Part shown: one piece after another, positions 61,301-64,000 of the stretch | Layout: every line of letters starts with the position of its first letter | Numbering within the stretch: the first letter of the stretch is position 1 | Assembly (NCBI RefSeq): GCF_006345805.1 | Contig: NC_043011.1 | Location: forward strand, 4,464,001 to 4,528,000 | DNA from: Octopus sinensis | Taxonomy: Eukaryota | Reading direction: 5' to 3' | Length of the DNA stretch: 64,000 nucleotides | Program-made: the position numbers and the translations under genes | Notes under the pieces: model-generated | Told to the model about the DNA's origin: nothing | Database searches by the model: none | What the model saw: only the letters and a program-made list of their open reading frames with translations

Positions 61301-62238
61301 TACAGATCAGCTGAAAATTACTGGAACTTTCTGGGTCATATCTAAATGAAAGAAGAAGAAACATTCTTGGTCATAGCTACAGACTGTGTGTGTGTGTGTG
61401 TGTGTTATTACAGATTGGATAGAATCTTATACATCCAAACAGAAATACTCTCCCCTCATCTATATCCATCTATGTTATATTCCTCACATCAGTGCCTACT
61501 TTGCATTTTGGTTTTATCTTATGGGAATGATTCAATAAGTATCAAACCAATATAAATTTAACTAACTTACTCTTTTACTTGTTTCAGTCATTTGACTGCG
61601 GCCATGCTGGAGCACCGCCTTTAGTTGAGCAAATCGACCCCGGGACTTATTCTTTGTAAGCCCAGTACTTATTCTATCAGTCTCTTTTGCCGAACCGCTA
61701 AGTGACGGGGACGTAAACACACCAGCATCGGTTGTCAAGCAATGCTAGGGGGACAAACACAGACACACAAAGATATACACACACACTTATATATATATAT
61801 ACATATATACGTCTACCAAATCCACTCACAAGGCATTGGTCGGCCCGGGGCTATAGCAGAAGACACTTGCCCAAGATGCCACGCAGTGGGACTGAACCTG
61901 GAACCATGTGGTTGGTTAGCAAGCTACTTACCACACAGCCACTCCTGCGCCTATTATCATCGTTTAACGATGCAATTAATATTATTATTGTTACTAACAT
62001 CTTCCCTCTTTCTTCCAATTGCAGACATGTCATTTTTGCACCCATGGAACACGATGCTTATTCAGATGCTTCTTTCCCTGGAATCAAGGAGTGTATTTGG
62101 AAAATCGAAAATGAAAATGCTGACGTTTGGGAGGAGCTGAAACAACAGATCTCAGTTGCTACGTACACAATCCTGACGGCTGCTGAGTCACTTGATGAAA
62201 TTGGATTAGGGTTTAACAGAGCAAACCATACCGAGTGA
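17783..62238 (+). CDS. 3' part (8 coding exons) of an M28B zinc metallopeptidase gene, glutamate carboxypeptidase II / NAALADase / PSMA-like; join(17783..17914,26604..26686,39496..39589,43000..43130,48184..48308,50425..50509,53850..53942,62025..62238)
   Basis: Exons join in frame (132+83+94+131+125+85+93+214=957 nt) through GT-AG introns. Motifs [28 protein letters not shown] and HVIFAP...SFPGI match the GCPII family. FOLH1 versus NAALAD2 versus NAALADL orthology cannot be decided by eye. Confidence 0.93.
19972..20339 (-). mobile_element. Tandem pair (199-bp period) of the same hammerhead-bearing repeat (cores 20036-20070 and 20235-20269)
   Basis: Minus strand: gttt CCGACGA a gagc-tcc-gttc GAAA cgtt aaac; the two copies look identical and are separated by (TA)n. 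Confidence 0.75.
21760..23480 (+). mobile_element. Degraded R4/Dong-clade non-LTR retrotransposon (RT + CCHC knuckle + restriction-like endonuclease)
   Basis: [78 protein letters not shown]; many stops and frameshifts; (TAA)n-rich tract follows at ~23565-23612. Confidence 0.85.
26604..26686 (+). CDS. Peptidase exon: [27 protein letters not shown](K)
   Basis: Acceptor tgtccctcag, donor AA|gtaagt, phase 0-2, 83 nt; the TLYDNW motif corresponds to SLYESW. Confidence 0.88.
28101..30529 (+). mobile_element. Internally deleted hAT (Buster/Charlie/ZBED-like) DNA transposon with two nested SINEs
   Basis: TIR cagtgtttccc...gggaaacactg; 8-bp TSD gtctacct/atctacct; remnants [38 protein letters not shown]. 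Confidence 0.88.
31043..31321 (+). mobile_element. Palindromic element family A, copy 2
   Basis: Same arms and tail (gatctcagatc...gtacatctccg); 12-bp TSD tcttctcttttt at 31031-31042 and 31322-31333. Confidence 0.85.
32800..33450 (-). mobile_element. Degraded Tc1/mariner (maT/DD37D-like) transposase relic
   Basis: Minus strand reads [13 protein letters not shown]...[12 protein letters not shown]...FWP.N.PNCNP...[14 protein letters not shown] with frameshifts; TIRs not found. Confidence 0.72.
34245..34535. repeat. (CA)n-based compound microsatellite ending in (CAA)n; other tracts: (TACC/TATC)n 27310-27440, (TCCC/TCCA)n 30595-30700, (CTG)n 44660-44700, (TAA)n 47595-47643, (TAT)n 62430-62492
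   Basis: Direct reading. Confidence 0.95.
36520..37010 (+). mobile_element. 3' fragment of a second RTE-like LINE family inserted in a SINE; a 125-bp 3' tip of the same family lies at 13050-13175
   Basis: LLYGSETW...LDGTYTRLL...RRVQFAGHC then (TGA)n tail; TSD atggagtgc here and tgcctttccct around the 13050 copy. Confidence 0.88.
39496..39589 (+). CDS. Peptidase exon: (K)[31 protein letters not shown]
   Basis: Acceptor ctctccctag, donor TCA|gtaagt, phase 2-0, 94 nt; LGSGSD..FYQRAG corresponds to LGSGNDFEVFFQRLG. Confidence 0.93.
39764..39939 (+). mobile_element. Palindromic element family B, copy 1
   Basis: atagaatggttgtatactgtcaatctaac...gttagattgacagtatacaaccattctat plus tail cgccccaccaccgtacat...; 11-bp TSD taatcttatat. 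Confidence 0.8.
40790..41022 (+). mobile_element. tRNA-derived SINE family B (~230 bp), representative copy. Others: 5668-5900(-), 25218-25440(+), 33525-33750(-), 35010-35240(-), 48425-48828(- dimer), 52329-52470(-), 53480-53665(+), 61031-61265(+), plus many older degenerate copies (e.g. 10665-11010, 13680-13855, 17475-17660, 26750-27080, 39240-39420, 41175-41340, 60040-60600)
   Basis: Head ggcggcgagctggcagaaacgttagc, gagttcaaattcc, core gactttgcctttcatcctttcggggtcgataaattaagtaccag; TSDs such as aattattaggattata at ~34993 and ~35240. Confidence 0.9.
42005..42760 (-). other. CpG-rich segment; 42005-42308 possibly an LTR
   Basis: Termini tgttacg...cgtgaca; TATA-like tatttaaa ~50 nt in on the minus strand; purine-rich aaggtgagacag immediately before it; no TSD found. 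Confidence 0.35.
43000..43130 (+). CDS. Peptidase exon: [43 protein letters not shown](C) (contains the Zn-ligand His equivalent to H553)
   Basis: Acceptor tccttccag, donor TG|gtaagt, phase 0-2, 131 nt; YPSYHT corresponds to YPLYHS. Confidence 0.93.
43776..43988. mobile_element. Mariner-type MITE, 213 bp
   Basis: Imperfect TIR cagagggggtgctgaaaagttcctgg / ccaggaacttttgcagaccccattg, flanked by TA on both sides. Confidence 0.75.
44027..44230 (-). mobile_element. Same hammerhead-bearing repeat (copy 4; core 44120-44154)
   Basis: Minus strand: attt CCGACGA a gagc-tcc-gctc GAAA cgtt aaac; left end tagttaatccaaaca shared with the other copies. Confidence 0.7.
45705..46062 (+). mobile_element. Palindromic element family A, copy 3
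   Basis: ~145-bp arms plus tail; 12-bp TSD ggtgatagaact at 45693-45704 and 46063-46074. Confidence 0.88.
48184..48308 (+). CDS. Peptidase exon: (C)[41 protein letters not shown](E)
   Basis: Acceptor attttgcag, donor G|gttagt, phase 2-1, 125 nt; [11 protein letters not shown] corresponds to LANSIVLPFD..Y. Confidence 0.87.
49979..50198 (+). mobile_element. Palindromic element family B, copy 2 (~78-bp arms, short loop, ~55-bp tail); a half copy lies at 53041-53130
   Basis: Arms 49979-50056 and ~50065-50143 with 2 mismatches; same tail as the 39764 copy; inserted in (TA)n. Confidence 0.82.
50425..50509 (+). CDS. Peptidase exon: (E)[27 protein letters not shown](N)
   Basis: Acceptor tcttttcag, donor AA|gtaagt, phase 1-2, 85 nt; resembles DSLFSAVKNFTEIASKF. 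Confidence 0.88.
53850..53942 (+). CDS. Peptidase exon: (N)[30 protein letters not shown](K)
   Basis: Acceptor tctttgcag, donor AA|gtgagt, phase 2-2, 93 nt; corresponds to [24 protein letters not shown]. Confidence 0.94.
53980..54274 (+). mobile_element. tRNA-derived SINE family C directly abutting the 5' end of the RTE. Related heads: 1-37(-), 9040-9425(-), 12865-13340(+), 36292-37095(+), 50220-50372(-)
   Basis: Head ggaggcgcaatggcccagtggttagggcagcg...ggtttcgattccc (A/B boxes). Confidence 0.88.
54275..59556 (+). mobile_element. RTE-clade LINE, slightly 5'-truncated: APE endonuclease (54285-~54950), linker with frameshifts and a stop, 612-aa RT ORF (55415-57253), tandemly amplified 3' UTR, (GAT)n tail
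   Basis: [24 protein letters not shown] and QIDYIL (after a 1-nt deletion near 54835) are endonuclease motifs. [41 protein letters not shown] and [14 protein letters not shown] are RT/RTE motifs. TGA in frame at ~54983. Confidence 0.95.
57249..59290 (+). repeat. Six tandem ~270-410 bp copies of the RTE 3' UTR
   Basis: Units start gacta(g/t)tca at about 57249, 57521, 57851, 58257, 58630 and 58935; shared blocks cctacctgggacgtagtc, gacctgttgaggcaagtgaaaatc, gatgaacatcaatggaatttgtatc. Confidence 0.9.
60660..61340 (+). mobile_element. Degraded Penelope-like element (RT thumb / linker / GIY-YIG region), interrupted by a SINE at ~61031-61265
   Basis: FLRLV...[13 protein letters not shown]...NGQC.TEAMV.NAEV...[14 protein letters not shown]...TLTSYIW; the SINE has a 13-bp TSD atatatggtgatt. 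Confidence 0.68.
62025..62238 (+). CDS. Terminal coding exon: (K)[70 protein letters not shown]
   Basis: Acceptor ccaattgcag, TGA ends at 62238; corresponds to [21 protein letters not shown]...WGEVKRQI; TfR-like dimerisation domain. Confidence 0.94.
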
Positions 62239-62459
62239 TCTGGTGATCCGTCAAGCCTATTACATCAGTGGTCAGAATCCAGAGCTTGTTAACTGAGTGA
62301 TCCATCAATCAAATATTGATGATGTGGATCACATTCCATGCATTTTTTAAGTGATCCATCAACGCTAAATCATCATGATTCATGGTCTTTACAAAATATT
62401 ATTTTAGACTATTTTTTAAATCCAATCTTTTATTATTATTATTATTATTATCATTATTA

Positions 62460-62493
<34 letters not shown>

Positions 62494-63149
62494 TTTCAAT
62501 TTTTTATTATTATCTTTTCATTTTTTTCTACAAATGATCGTTTTACTGAGAGTTGAACGAGATATTTGGAAAAAGAGAAAAGAAAAATGATGAGGTGTTA
62601 TTTAATCCAAAAGAAAACATCGAAACTACACTGGTATATTGGTTAGCTATATAACATATTTTCTCACAGGTTTTTAATACCCTAAGGGATCAGTTTTGAT
62701 CCTACAGATCAATTTCCCCTTCAGTTTGCTACCACAACATAACAGTATAGATACCAATTTACTGTCATTAGCTTCCATTCCTTGGTGCTAATTCCTTGGC
62801 ATTTCCCTACACTCCAAATTTCTACAGCTTCAGGTTTTTTTCTGTTGTTTCTGGGATATTTCTGGGATTATATTCAATGTTTTAGTAAATTATAAACTCT
62901 TCTTTTGTTCTTTTTCTATATTTGTTTTTGTTTTTCTCAGGAAGGGGGAAAGAAAAAAAAACATCTCTACTTGTACTTGAGTACTTTTTTTTTTTTTAAC
63001 CTTTTCCAAGTCCAGAGGACTTTTTAACTTTTGAAACTGTCACTAAATGTAGACCAAGACATCTTAAAACAGAACTCAAATAGCTGCTCAGATATAACTA
63101 GGTTAATATGTATCATCTGAGTTTGTCTCATTAACTATGTGTTTTGTAA

Positions 63150-63720
63150 TGGAGGATATATAAATTCAGTAAGTCTTGTGTGTACAAGTGACAAATATCA
63201 TCATACAACAGGACTTGCATATATAGGTAATAAGTGCAATGCAATACACCTAAAGACACCAGCACAAGTAATATCTCTACTACAGCAGACCTCACAACAC
63301 TTGTACAGGTCATATCTGCAATATCGGCCTCATCAGAGCTGTGCAAGTGTTGTTATCAAATACATCAAACTTCATCATATCTATGACATCTGTTATACAG
63401 CTGACTTTATCACATCTGTGCTTGTTATATCTGTAATGAAACAGGCCACATCACACCTGTACAGATGATATCTAATGTTGCAGGCCTTATAACACTGTAC
63501 AGGTTATATCTTTAACACAGCAGGTCCTCTCAGTCCAGTACAGATGAGAGGCCAGTGCAGATGATATCTGTAATGTTGCAGGCCTTATAAAGGTTATATC
63601 TGTATTGCAGATATACGGATAATATATGGAATATAATAGGCCTTATCATACCTGTAATAGATCAGGCCTCATCATAGCTGTACAAGGAAGAATGGCCACA
63701 GGTCCCCGCTCTGTACAGCA
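63150..63720. repeat. Degenerate minisatellite (~40-50 bp) downstream of the stop codon
   Basis: Recurrent ctgtacag(g/a)t(t/c/g)atatct(g)taat...gcaggcc motifs. Confidence 0.55.
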
Positions 63721-64000
63721 TCATGATTGAGTTATGGCAGGCTTATCTATTTATGAGATGATTATTAAATACTAGCTCAGCTCATTACAGGAGACTCCAG
63801 CAGCCGTGGTTTGTTAAAGAGCTGATATGTAGGGAGTTGAAAGGATTAAGTTAATTTTTATTTCAGTTAGTTATCACCTAACCAAATAATAATTTAGATA
63901 CTTTGAATGTTCACCTGTCGTAATTATCTCTTATTTACAATACACACACACACACACACACTTATATATATTCAGTACACACTACATGTTGCTATACTTC

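Noticed and set aside
1352-61952. Recurrent ORFs such as [10 protein letters not shown]... and ...[11 protein letters not shown]...
   Set aside because: They are chance reading frames through SINE family A copies
61732-62024. 5' part of the 168-aa ORF as coding
   Set aside because: It is antisense SINE plus polypyrimidine tract; homology starts only after the AG at 62023-62024
62239-63100. Polyadenylation signal for the peptidase gene
   Set aside because: No convincing AATAAA noticed, so the 3' end is not called

Overview
AT-rich, microsatellite- and retroposon-dense animal DNA. The repeat families are most consistent with a coleoid cephalopod such as Octopus (inference). One host gene spans the window on the + strand: the last 8 coding exons (957 nt, 318 aa plus stop; 17783-62238) of an M28B zinc peptidase of the glutamate carboxypeptidase II / NAALADase / PSMA family. 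All introns are GT-AG with consistent phases, and the upstream exons were not found in the window. The introns hold three tRNA-derived SINE families, a 5.3 kb RTE-clade LINE (EN + RT + an embedded PHD-type finger, plus a tandemly amplified 3' UTR), and relics of other RTE, R4/Dong, Penelope-like (GIY-YIG), hAT (Buster/Charlie) and Tc1/mariner elements. Most notable observations: (1) a ~200 bp (TA)n-inserted repeat family carrying a minimal type I hammerhead-ribozyme-like fold, four copies, all antisense to the host gene; (2) two unrelated families with a shared 'long palindrome + one-sided tail + 11-12 bp TSD' architecture, resembling non-autonomous Penelope-like elements; (3) loss of the GCPII arginine patch and K699 in the peptidase while the visible Zn ligands are kept; (4) recent inverted duplications next to an exon that would form long dsRNA in the pre-mRNA. 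All alignments and folds were done by eye.
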